Shown here piece after piece: positions 49,630 to 61,879 of a stretch of DNA of 64,000 nt. The stretch spans positions 62,001 to 126,000 of the forward strand of contig CDMY01000553.1 in assembly GCA_001179505.1 (NCBI GenBank), read 5' to 3'. Each line of letters starts with the position of its first letter. Position 1 is the first letter of the stretch. The translations under genes were made by a program, and so were the position numbers. Under the pieces are notes generated by a model. It was given only the letters and a program-made list of their open reading frames with translations, had not been told where the DNA came from and searched no databases. Source of the stretch: Vitrella brassicaformis CCMP3155. Its lineage: Eukaryota; Protista; Chromerida.

Positions 49630-51102
49630 ACAACACAACACAACATACACACACACACCTCGTACCATACACCAACACAAGACGATACACGCGCCGTGCT
49701 AGCCAGCTAGCTCCCCAGTGCATGCATGCATCATACACGCATGACAGATGCCTAACTCCCTGTCTGCCTGTGTGGTGCATTGATTGATTGACTGACTGAC
49801 TGGATGCCCTGCCTGCCTGTCCGCCTGCTGATTGTCGAAAGGACCCCCCTCCCTATTGCCCCCTTGGACGGACGGACGGATGGCTGGTCGGCTGACTGGC
49901 CGGTGCCTCCCCCTTGTGTGTAGCCTTAGATACAGACGAACAGATAGACAGACAGACGGACTGACTGACTGACTATCGTATGGACGGACTGAGAGAGATC
50001 CATCTAGCTATCAAACAGTGAGTTCCGTCCATCCATGCGGTGTATGGACCCCCCTGCTTACCATACACCTGACCACACACACACACCGGACACACTGGAT
50101 GGATGGATGGTGTTTTCCCTTCGACCAGACAGACAGACAGACAGACAGACAACTGGTGCGTGTGGTGTGCAGAGAGGAGGATGTCAGCTAGACCTGGGGG
50201 AAGGACCATCGCTGTGATGATGGTGATCATGATGATGACTCTGATGTAGTGTGTGGCGTGCTTTGACGGCTTGCACTGCATGATGCCTGCATGCCTGCAT
50301 GGCATATGATGGCATGGCGGTGGGTGGTGTTGTTGCTTTTCCTTACCCGCAATACAATACTTGCTGCTAGTGACTCGGCTGCCGACTACCGGATATGTAC
50401 CACTCTTGGCCTCCTTCTCCTCTCCTTGTCGATATTTGTCTCGGCCTGCCTCCTGCCTGCCTGCGTGGTGCTACGAATCGATGGGTGGATGGATGTCGAT
50501 GCCTTTTAACCGTCATGTCATGTGATCTGATGTGGCGTGCCATGACCTTGACTAGCTACGTATGACGGACGAGACCAGCCAGGAGGGCAGCACACACAAC
50601 ACTCTTTTGGCCAGCCAGTTGACGTCGCCTGCCAGCCAGCCAGCCAGGGAGCCAGCCAGCTAGCGACCGACCGACCATGCCATGCCTCACTTGTACAGAG
50701 AGAGGACCTGACTGCGGTTATCTATCGCATCGATCCGATCCATTCATATGTATGCACTCAACAAACAAACCATGCATGCAGCGGCACGTGTGTGTGTCTT
50801 CATCGCTGAGCCTCCATCCATCTATCCGTCAGAGCTATCAAAAAACAAAGCGCCATCACATCACGTCACGTCACGACGGAAGAGCACCACTTCACCAGTC
50901 AGTCAGTCTACAATCCAACGCTGCTCTCCTTCCAGCCCAGCCAGCAGACGGCTCTCAGTGAGAGGATTGAGTCGCTGTTGCCTTGCATCACTCACTTTAT
51001 TCCCACTCGAGACCACTCAGACCTGCACTCGCACACCGACAGCACAGCAGCCATAGAGAGGAATCTGTCGCTGTAGACGTCAGGGTGCGATCGGCGAGCT
51101 GC

Positions 51103-52608
51103 TCACTGACCCTTGTCTCCGGCGTATTTGAAGTGGAGTTCGCTGACGTCCTCCCCCTCTATCATGCGGCTCCACCCGTCCTTGTGCACGTGATACACTG
51201 CAGACACACAGACAGACACCACCTTGTGCCCGAGTCTGTGTCTGTGTCTGTATGTGGGTCGGTCGCTCTCGGGTAACACACCTCTGACGACGCCTCCGGA
51301 GCCGCCATCCCTGTGAGTGGCGTGGTAGATGGCACGGCGACCCAACTCAACCGCATCCTCCACACTCAGGTCCCTGCACACACTCACACACACACACACA
51401 CACAGAGAGCAGCGTGATGGTGCATCCGTCGCTCCCTCCTTGTTTGTGAGGGTGTGTGGCTGTGCTGTGCTGCCTGGCACCACTTGTAGTTGCTGTCGAG
51501 TATCCCGTATGCGTATGTGGATCCCGACCCCACACTGAAGCGGTCGCCCTTCATGCGCTCGCCCTGGTCGTTGACAAAATACAACTTGGGACCCTGACAG
51601 TCAAGACAGCCGCCCAGAGACCAGCAAACAAAGGGAGGCATCCATCGCATCCATCGACGAGGTGCGTGTGCGTTTGTTTATAGGCCAGCTGGCCTGGCCC
51701 CCTCCCCACCGTTTTGTCCCATCCCGTGATCATGGTGCCGGCGCTGAGTCCGTAGCCCCTGTACTTATAGAAGATCATCGCCAGCATCTTGGACGCTGCG
51801 GCAACCGATATCCTCTCCTACAGCAGGGAATGCATGCACACAGATGTGCCAGCCAAATAAGAACGTGAGTGACCGAGCCATACATTGATTGCGCTCCACC
51901 TATCTATTCCTCCCTCCCCTCCCTCGCCCAGCTCACCCCGTTTCTGAGTTCGTGCAGTCGGCACTCCCTCGCCAGGTGCCGCTCCCAGAAGGAGCAGTCA
52001 GCCGCGCCGCCAGCCATCGTCCCGAGCAGGAAGTCGTTGATCTCCAGCACCTTCCGCACCGATTGACTGCATGGCGCACAAATCAATCACACACACAGGT
52101 GCAAAGGCTTCATCCCTGGAAAGAGATGAGACGCCCAGCCCACCTACCTGGAGATGTAGGTGCCCATGGAAGCTCGGCTGTCGACAGCGACGACGATGCC
52201 GCCCTGGAAGACAAAGGCCAGTGTGGTGGTGCCCTTCTTGAAGTCCATCAGACCCGGGCACTGGCCAGACGCCTTCAGGTCGTAGCAAAACGCATGGGGC
52301 TGCACACAATGCGACACACACACACCAATAGAAACGGTTGCAGTCAGTGTTGTCGTCATTGGCTGTGTGCCGGCTCTTGCTCTTATGAGCTGCATCCCAT
52401 CTCGGTCTGACCTTCCTCCTCCTCTCAGATCTGCAGCACTCTGTCTGTCTGTCTTTGTGCTTACGTTGTCGACAGGGGCGAGTTCGAATGTGTTGTCGTG
52501 CAGCGATGGCAGCCGAGACTGCCGACGGTCTGGGGTCATCATGACGGGAGATTTCCCCCTTCTGATTCTGATCTGACGACGAGCAGGTTCACGAGATGTC
52601 CTAGGCAT
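51103..52608 (-). CDS. PSMB5: Proteasome subunit beta type-5 precursor (chymotrypsin-like); start at 52608 or 52542
   Basis: Propeptide junction [54 protein letters not shown] and [14 protein letters not shown]. Confidence 0.97.
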
Positions 52609-52931
52609 TGTGAGCTCGCGGATGAAATAATAACTGATGCTGTTGCTGGTGAGGAGAGCTGCACGACAGTCGCTTCGCCAAGGCCATGGAAGGCTTCTCG
52701 AGGCGGAAGGGCAGAAGATTTCTCAAGTAGGCCCCTTTCAACTGGTGACGCACCAGCGGGGGTGATCTCTGTTTCGTGCAGGTGATGACACACGTGTTTG
52801 TTTATCGTGCATCGCTGCCGGCACCGCTGACGTGACGATCTTCAAACTGCAAGCGACAGGACAGATGCGCTGCAGGCCGATGCCACAACATTAGTGAGGT
52901 GAATCCCCCCTGCCTGCCTGACCAAGCCAAG

Positions 52932-54938
52932 ATGGACATCTCGTCTACCGGCGATGGAACGTGAGTCGCGGGGGGAGCTGACGATACGGTGGGAATCACC
53001 CATTCACATGTGTGTGTGTGTGTGTGTGTGTGTGTCCTTGCAGGAACGGCTGGCCGGGCCGTCTGGTGGCCGAGGATCCGGATGAGGAGCCCGACGGTCG
53101 TCCACCCGACCCAGAGATCCTGGCACAGCGTGAACGGGACCAACGGGCAGCAAGCATTCTCCCTTTTCCTCCCGGCCAGGAACACCAACAGGCAGCGTTT
53201 GAAGGTGAGCGTCAGCCAGCTGGAGGCGCACATTGACCTACGATCGGATGCGACAGTGTGTCTGTTGTCGATGTGTGCAGCTCTGATCAAGGCCGGCCCT
53301 CCTACGCGGCGAGGTCATGGTGGTGCGCCCGTGGCAGACAAGATTATCTTCGCGCCACTCCCCAGCTCCCTGAAAGGTCATCCATTCATCCGTGGTGCGA
53401 AGCTTGCATCGCCCTTCAACGATCCGCCTGACCTCCCTCCCCTCCCTCCCTCTTTCTTCCATCACCTGCTCCAAGGGGTTCACCCTGACCACCGAGCCTC
53501 CCTGCTGCATCAGCTCAAGACAGAGCTCGCAAGCCCGGCAACGCGCCAGGCCCAGTCCGATCGACACGTTCGTCGCCAGCTCGCCCCTCTTGCTGAGTTC
53601 CTGGTTCAATGTGTCGGCATCAGCTCCCCATCCCTCCCCGTGCTGACAGCAGTGCACACCATGGTTGTGTCAGCCCTCAGCCAATACGAGAGCTACTTTT
53701 TCTTCGGGGCCACCGGCAAAGAGAAGACCGAGGTGTGGGACCCGGAACTCAACGCACGGCGATGGCGAACGGACCGGGACATGCGGCAGATCCACGTGCA
53801 ACGGGAGCTGGTGCTGCCTGCCATCGAGCGGCTGGAGGCGTCGTGGCATCCACCCCTCTGCGACTGGGGACGGCTGCTGCGCGAGGCCCGTTCGGACAAC
53901 CAAATCGTCGTCCAATACAATGCAAAGGTGGGCAGACGGAGGGCGGCTGCACAGCGACATCGCTGAGGATCTCGTTTGTCGTGCAGATGGTCGGGCCGGC
54001 GGACACCTTCCACAAGCTGCAGGCATCTGTCCCCCAGCTGAGTGAGCTGGGGGACAAACTGAGCTGCACTTACAGTGGCATGAGCCGCTGGTTCCCGCAG
54101 TCAGCGGACGACGGCGACGGCGACGGCGACCTCGACTGCAAACAACTCGTATGTCCTCCCATCGAGGCATTGTAAGCACCTCAAAGGAAGACCAGCGGGC
54201 AGCAGGCATCCGTGGAGACAATCCATCTGTGTGTATGGTGTGTCTGACTGTGTGTGTGTGCACCTTAGCGTCGGTAGCAAGAGTGGCCATATGCGTCAGG
54301 TTCTCGACTTCCTGGGAGTTGCGAATCAGACTCCGGCCCCGCCACATCTGCTGTCGCTGGGCTGCTCGCTGAAGTGTTTTGCCTTCGCCGTCTGCAAGGT
54401 TGAGCTCTCCTTCGGTTATGTCGGCCACTTCCCTGCGGACGGGACGGACAAAGAGAAGCGCCAAGCACTCATGCCAGCAATGAGAGCGGAGCGTGATGCC
54501 GTCAGAGAGCACATGGAGCTGAACGACAGCCTCAACATCATTCCGGGTGGCTTCAGGAAACATGAGACGGTACCAACGAGTGAACGGGCAGGCCGTTAGT
54601 CCATCTTGGTGTACTCAACGTGTGTGTGTGTGTGTGTATGTTGGTTGGTTGATGTCGGCAGCCATTTTGTCTGCTGATGGAGCCAGGGTTCAGATACAAC
54701 ACTGACGAAGTACGGCTGCTCCTGGCCGATCCCGCGAACCGCGATTGCTTGGTTGGCAAGCCACACACTTCAGAAGCATCCACAGCTGTCTCTCTCGTGC
54801 GCCCATTGTGTGCAGCTTGACCGTGTCTACTCGTGGGCTGACAGGAATTTCCCCACTGGCAACATTCCCGAGAGCTACCGCTTCAAGAGCTGCATGGAGA
54901 TCGGGTGGTGCATGGGCCATGAGATACCCACTTTGTGA
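52932..54938 (+). CDS. Hypothetical protein, multi-exon
   Basis: ATG at 52932 with donor gtgagt. In-frame exons include 53043-53208 and 53281-~53927, and the last exon ends ..IGWCMGHEIPTL* at 54938. No family recognised; middle exon boundaries are uncertain. Confidence 0.6.
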
Positions 54939-55424
54939 CCAGCACATGAGTGGGTGGTGCCGGCCCGGCCCACGTGTGTGTGGGGTGTAGACAGACACCT
55001 GTCTGTCCTCTGTGTGGCAACCGCACACACACACACACAAACACATATGTAGATGTACACAGCCGGCCGCAATTTGTCTGTATGTCCATCCAATGATGCA
55101 TTGTAATGCATGAATTTGTTCGACTCCTCAAATTCGACCAAAGTCACTTGTACCACCGTACTATTATTTTCACCCGGCCGCGAGCGAATGAACACCAGAC
55201 ACACAGACTAGCACGCAGCGCTGGTCATCATGTCGCTTCTCTTTGCGAAAGAGAACGCGTCGGTTGCCTCGCCAGTTCATGTCTCGTGGATCGCTAAATA
55301 GCTCGCTAGCCGTTGGGGTTAGTTACAGTGTGTGTACGAAGTGAAGGAAACGACGTGAAGGAGGCACCCATGCATCGCGCTCAAAGCAGCGCGTAGAGGC
55401 TAGGCCATCCGTCCACACAGCACA

Positions 55425-56778
55425 ATGACCGAGGCGAAGATGCAATTTGTCACTCTACTTGTCGTCAGTTGTCTGCTCTATGCAACCGCTCTTCCCCGGC
55501 TGGCCACAGTGCCCGGCGCTTCCCTGGTGCAGCGCGGTGCTGGCGGGCGCATCGGCAGGGCGGCCAACGCGGCAGCCACCGCCATGCTGACTGCCGGCAA
55601 CCAGGTGCCATCCATGCCGTCGATTGCATCGCTGCCATCCGTGGCTGGAAATCTGGCCACCCAATTCGCGTCGGGCGATCCCATGAGCGCGGTGCAGCAG
55701 GTGATAAGCCAGGGTCCAGCCGCAGGGGCCGCTGCGGCGCTGGGCCAGTGCGACCGTGCCTGCACCGAGGGGGAGACCTGTATGCTGGTGTCCGCCAACG
55801 AGCTGGAGTCCTATCATCAGCGGATGCAGCAGCCGCGTCAGCCGTTCCTGGCCCGCCAGCGCGTTAAGTTCAAGTGTGTGTGCACGGCCAAGGGGTACGC
55901 CACCAACGAACAGGGGCAGTGTGTGCGGACGAGTGCGGAGACAAAGGGCGTCGACGTGCGCAAGATGGTGGAGCAGGGGTTGCGACAGGCCGGGGGGGGC
56001 GGCGGCGGCGCGCAGCCCGCTGCTGGTACCAAGCCGAAGGCGCCGAAGGCCAAGACGACAATGGCCATCATAGACAGCAGAGAGGTGAGTGAGGACAAGC
56101 GGGCAGATCTCGTGTGATTGATGATCGTCATCGTGTTTGTTATGTGTCTCTCTCTCCCCCCTGTTCAGGAGTTGAGCACGTTTGCTGATCTGGTAAAGCA
56201 GATGGGTCTCAACCGGACGTTGAGCGCCAACACGTGGTTCTCAGTGCTGGCCATCCCCAACAGCGTGTTCGAACAGCCCATGATGCAGCCCCTACTGGAG
56301 AACAAAGAGGCCCTCTCTACGGTCAGTGAGTGACTGAGTGAGTGAGATGCAGACCACCAGACCCGACTCGACTCCACCACCACCGTACCTGTGTGTCATT
56401 CATTCATCCCTCCCTTCAGTTGTTTTTGCAACACATTCTGGCGCGTCCGTACACTGTCAATGAGTTCATGGAGAAGGGCCACATCTACACGGTGTCGCAC
56501 AGTAAGATCCCCATCACCAAGATCGACGACAAGAGCTTCACCGTCGACCTGGGGCCGGAGGAGGAGGAAGGCCGCCCAGTCGTCACAGTTCTCGAGCCCA
56601 ATATCGAGTCATACAATGTGGGTGGGTGGGTGGGCACCAAGGCGTTATCACTCTGATGTGGACTGAATGGGTCTTGTCTGTGTGTGTGTGTGTCAAGGGT
56701 TACGTGCACATCGTGGACACCATCCTGCTGCCCCACATGGCCCTCAGTCTCATGCCGCGAGAGCCGGTGGAGGACCAA

Positions 56779-56814
<36 letters not shown>

Positions 56815-59312
56815 AAGCAACAGCAGGCCACAGAGGATGCCACCATGGCCCCAGCCGACGACGAAGTGACGGAGCCGTCCGACAGCAAGAACGACAGCCA
56901 GCCTGAGCCACAGCAGGCCGAGCTGAGCGCGGACAAAGCCAACGATGAGGCGCCGCTGTCCATCGAAGACATCGTCAAGCAGCTCGCTGGCGAGCAGGAG
57001 ACTAGAAAGAATGAGGGCGACAAGGCTGAGGGTGACAAGGCTGAGGTCGGGAGGGCCGGTGTGTCGGAGAAGGTGTCTCATGAGGAGATGCGCAAGCGCA
57101 TCCAGGAGGCCATGCGCAAGAGGATGGCCGTCGATGAGGAGAAGGACAAGGCGGAGGAGACCGAGACAGAGACAAAGACCAGCAACAAAGAAGAGGAGAG
57201 CAACAAGACCAAGGACAACAAGAAGGAGAAAGACAAAAAGGGGGAGGCTGAAGAAGCTGAGGATAGCAGCGGCAAGGAGGCCACCAAGACCGTCAAGCTG
57301 CCTCAGAAGATGTCCAACGACGAGATGCGTGAGGGGGTGGAGACTGCTGTCAGGAAGAAACTCGCCATCGAGGAGCAGCGAAAGAAGCCCGCAAAGGCAC
57401 CGGACAGCGAGGCCGAGCCGAAGGACAAGAATGGGAGGCCAAAGCTCAACACCCGCACCGTGGGCGAGATCATTCGACAGGACCCCGTGAGCTCCTCACT
57501 ACACACATTCTTTCAGCACACGCCCACCCGCCCCACCCATAAATATTGTGTGTCCCCTGTCTGCCTGCCAGCATCTGTTGAGCTTCTACAGTGCTCTGAG
57601 ACAGCGCGGTGAGGGCAGCGGGTCCCTCCTCGCAGACCTGTCCCGCAGCAGCGGCCAGTACACCATCTTCGCACCCGTCAACAGGGCATTCACCTCCCTC
57701 GGCAAGCAAGTACTCACCAAGTAAGTGCCACATCAACATGCACAGACAGACGTATACACACGTGCATATGCTCATTCGTTCGTGTGGTCGTGCGTGTCGA
57801 TATATATCACTACCAGGTTGTCGAAGGATCCCGAGCTGCTCGGCCAGGTGATGTCCCACCACATCGTCAAAGACACCCTCTCTGCCGCCGACCTCGCCAC
57901 AGCCAAGGTCTCATCCATCCTCGGCGACGCAGTCGACATCTCACAGCAGTCGTCCACCAAGGCCGACGGCTCTTCCGCCGCTGCGAGATTCACGGTGGGC
58001 CAGGCCAATGTGGTCATGGACCAGGCTAAGCCCATCGAGCAGCGCGGCAGCAACGGCGTCATCTACTACATAGACTCGCTCGTCATCCCCGCCTCGCTCG
58101 AGCCACAGCTGGAGGGGCGCCGACTGTCACGCACTCAGGACAAGGAGGCTGAAAATGAGGCAGCAGTGACGCCGCCCCCGTCCTTCGTAGACTTTTCCAT
58201 TGACGGCGACACGACCCACATCACGCGACACCATGAGGACTCCGACGGGCCCGTCTATCAGAGCAGCACGGTGCACGAGGCCACGGGGCCCGGTGGGGAG
58301 GGCTACTCATTCAGCGAGACCTTTGTGTATGACGGCACCAAGGATCAGGCGAATGCGACCAAGCTCAGCGAGGCTGACCGGGCTGCCTTGATGAACCACA
58401 GCATGGCGATGATCGACGCGAGCATGGCGATGGTGGATGAGGCGATCGACAGCATGGGGGACGTCCTGGACACTGCCATGGGATTCATCGACGCTGACCC
58501 GGTTGGTACACATAACGAGACACAAGACACACATACTACTTTGGCATTACCATTCCCTTTGTGCGTGTGTGTGTGTAGTTCCTGTCCCCGCACACCAAGG
58601 GCACCCACCAGAAGTCCAGCAACGGCTCCCACGCACGCGACCTTCCCAGCAGCAGAAACTCATCGTCTGAACAGGCGCCTTCACGAGGGTCGTCTGGCAG
58701 CATGTGGAATTGGCTGTGGGGTGAAGACGACAGCAGCTTGTGGGGCAGCAGGACCTTCGACGACCTGAGCAAGTCGCTGCACCAGTCTCTCTCCGAGACA
58801 TGGAGGGTGGTGCAGGAGCAGGAAATGGAACTCATGAACACCTTCTACGACAAGGTTCGCCGGCCAGCACACACAGGGGGGGTGCATTCACCGAACCACC
58901 ACTCTCTTGTGTGTGTGTGTGTCTCTTGCCGTCATGTGATTATTAGGTGTTCGGTGGTTACGGGAACGGTAGCGGCACTGTTCACAATGAGGCAGCCAAT
59001 GGACCATCATCGAAGGGTGCTCAGCACGAGCTGACAGCGGCCGAAGTCAAAGAGATCGCCGCCCCTCCATCATCTGACAAGGCGAAAGCAAATGCATCCC
59101 AACGGGACAAGGCCCCGTCAGACAAGACGGCAGCGAAGGCTCCACAGCAGGCAGCGCCAGCTCCAGCACCATCTGACACTAGCGTGGCCAAGGCGGCAGA
59201 GCAGCCTCAGCTCGAGACTGCAGCAGCAGAGAAGGCGGAGATGTATGTGCCTGAGCGGGACACCCCCTCCGTCGATGCCAGGCACTCAGCCAGGCAGCCT
59301 GGCGGCCCGTGA
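55425..59312 (+). CDS. Secreted fasciclin (FAS1) protein: signal peptide, Cys-rich EGF-like module, two FAS1 domains and a charged linker
   Basis: FAS1-1: FSVLAIPNSVF..LFLQHIL..YN/GYVHIVDTILLP. FAS1-2: YTIFAPVNRAF..VMSHHIV..SNGVIYYIDSLVIP. Cys module CDRACTEGETC..CVCTAKGYATNEQGQC. Confidence 0.88.
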
Positions 59313-59691
59313 TGGTTAGGTGTAGAGAGACGCATGAGCAATGGTAGACAGACAGGTACATGGCTGACTGGCTGGCTGGCCGGTACGTGTAGGAGATTTA
59401 TTGTGCGCATGTTTGGTTTGTATAGGAGAGAGATAGAGAAAGAGATACTAGGCTCAGTACGTACGTAATTTGTGTTATGTTTGTGAATTGACATACACAC
59501 ACACACAGAGTACTGCATGCAATCGGACCGGCGATTTGCGTCCTTTTTGCCTTCTTGTTGTTACATCAAACCATCAATCAATCATTGTACGAAGTCTGGA
59601 GCTCCACCCGTGCATCCATCTGTCTGTCGGGTCTTGATGCAGCCACGCACGCACATGAAGGGGCAAAATCTGTGTGCACACGACCGGCTCC

Positions 59692-61544
59692 TCAGATCTG
59701 CACAGTGAGTGGGCCGAAGACGCCCGAAAGAGGCCTGACTTGACTGTACAGAACTTCAAGGAATGCCATGCATGGTCAGAGAAAACACGAGCATAGCATA
59801 TCGGTGCTGTCCACTGAGAGTACTTACCGGAGCATCGGACTGAATCGATGTTGTGTCGTCTGTATGTCAAGCGACAGGGTCGGCGACCGCCACTGCGCAG
59901 AGGCGCAAAGACACACCATGGACACTGTGTCCCTGCGTTCCTCCCCTCCCCATCCCATTCCTTACTTGGATTGTTCTGTGTGCCGTTCGTGCGGTCCATT
60001 TCGGTGTGCGAATCGGTCTTGGTAGAGACACACCCCACAGGCACACCCACCTGCACACGCACACACAGAGGATGGATGGCATGAGATGAGACGCGAAGAT
60101 ATCATCTCCTCCCTTGTGCCTCTCTCCGAGCTGACCACGTTCTGCCCCACGCTTTTATGAGTGGTCTCAGCTGCAGCCATCTCCTCACTCCCTCCCATCA
60201 CTCCACTCCGTGCGATGCCCACATCCAGCTGGATGGCGGCGCCAACCGACGACGCATGCACAGCAGGCTGAGACACATCCTACAAGCAACACATACACAC
60301 AAGTACGAGAGAGGGTGGTTTGTTCCTGCCTGTCTGCGATATGCGTGTTAGTATGTGTGTGTACGGGTGTGTTTTGCGGCGTGCGGTCGAGCAGGTCGAT
60401 GTGTATGGGGTCGGTGTGTGTGGGGCTGGATATGTGGATGCACCTCGGGATGTGCTGCGTCACCGTCAAACACTCACCGTCAGGCTTCTGCACCTGCACA
60501 TCAAGATACATACGCACAGACAGACACAGACACAGACACAAGTAGATGTACATATGCCTGCCTGTATGGACGGACGGCCATGTGTGCGTGTGGTTCTTTG
60601 TACCGTCTCCTCCACCGCATCACATACGACGTCGACCTTGGTGCCGAAAGGCGACCCCAGGATCAGCATCGACTTGTCACGGTACTCACACAACTCATGC
60701 AGATACTCGGTCGGCACGTAACACACACTGCACACCACACCACACCCACCCACACATCCAATGCCATGAGGGCAGCATTTATCCCCGCTCCTCTCCCTTA
60801 GCCGTCCTGTCTGACCCTTGCTGCTTAGCCTCATCCAGTGTCTCCTTCTGTCGGCTGGCCGCCTGCGCCAGCTGCTGGTCCAACATTGCCTCCTCCTGCT
60901 TGAGCGACGCCAGCTGCTCCTCAACACTCATCTCACACGACAACAACAGAGGGGGAATCCCACGCCTGAGCAGAACGCCAAACACACACACATATTGCAA
61001 AGGAATCAGACCTGCTGCCTGCCACCCCATATATGCGTCTTTACGTGCATTTGAAGATGTTGTCATCGGTCTTGGTGATGACGCCGATGCCCTCCAACAC
61101 GTCGGTGATGTCGTAGAGGCGACTGCGGTGCACCTGCAGCATCTTCTCAGCCTCGGCCAGGTCCATCTGCCGGTTCAGCCCCTGCACCAACTCGAGGAGG
61201 CGCCGCGTCAGCATCACCGTGGTGTCACCACTCTCAGACGATGTGCGATTCATGCCCTCAACCGCCCCCTCCCCAGCCTCATTGGACACCATGCTGGACG
61301 CCATCATGCTCACCACAGCCGTCACCACAGCACCGGTTTCCTGGCCGTCCTGCATGATTGCCGATGGCGCGCGATTGACGGCTGCCGCATCGTGTGTTTT
61401 GGTGATGGGAGGCTGGGCTGATGCAGCGAGATCGGATGTGTCGGGCGGCATTGTGTTGTGGGGTGGGTAGAGCCGGGCTTCATCGAGCGTCGAAGCAACG
61501 GTGCCGTCGGCTCCCTCCTTCTGTGCCATCATACTCCCTTCCAT
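59692..61544 (-). CDS. E2F: E2F-family transcription factor (winged-helix DBD, coiled coil and marked box); 3' exons tentative
   Basis: DBD MLTRRLLELV..MDLAEAEKMLQVHRSRLYDITDVLEGIGVITK, dimerisation coil EQLASLKQEEAMLDQQL, and marked-box YVPTEYLHELCEYRDKSMLILGSPFGTKVDV..IHISS..DPIHIDLL. Confidence 0.85.
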
Positions 61545-61879
61545 GAAGGCCTGAGGGATGCAAAACCCGTTGCTTTGCCGTGCTTTTCGACACCTTTTCC
61601 TGCGATCGCCAAGCTCGCAAAATGATGGCGGGTTAAAAGAAGCAGAAGGGCAAGCAGGTGAAGACAAAAGCATTCTCAGTGCACATCCGATTCATTATTG
61701 TTAACGATCCGCCTTCCGACGAAGAGCGAAGCTGTAGCAGCACATTGATTGCCGCGACACAGACAGATCTGTCTTCCTGAGGTGAATGAATACACACTGA
61801 AGCTCTGGCTGGTGCGTGCTTCATTGCGGATGTACGTGTGTTCATCTGATTCATTCAGGTGCTCCTCCAGTGACTGGCC

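Noticed and set aside
50291-50509. Hydrophobic 72-aa ORF between the tubulin and PSMB5 3' ends
   Set aside because: Its hydrophobicity comes from GT/CT-rich UTR-like sequence and CCTG/GGAT repeats, with no splice or homology support.
55237-55255. 8-bp hairpin TTCTCTTT-GCG-AAAGAGAA upstream of the FAS1 gene
   Set aside because: Short, within chance expectation, and not resembling any snRNA or tRNA I recognise.
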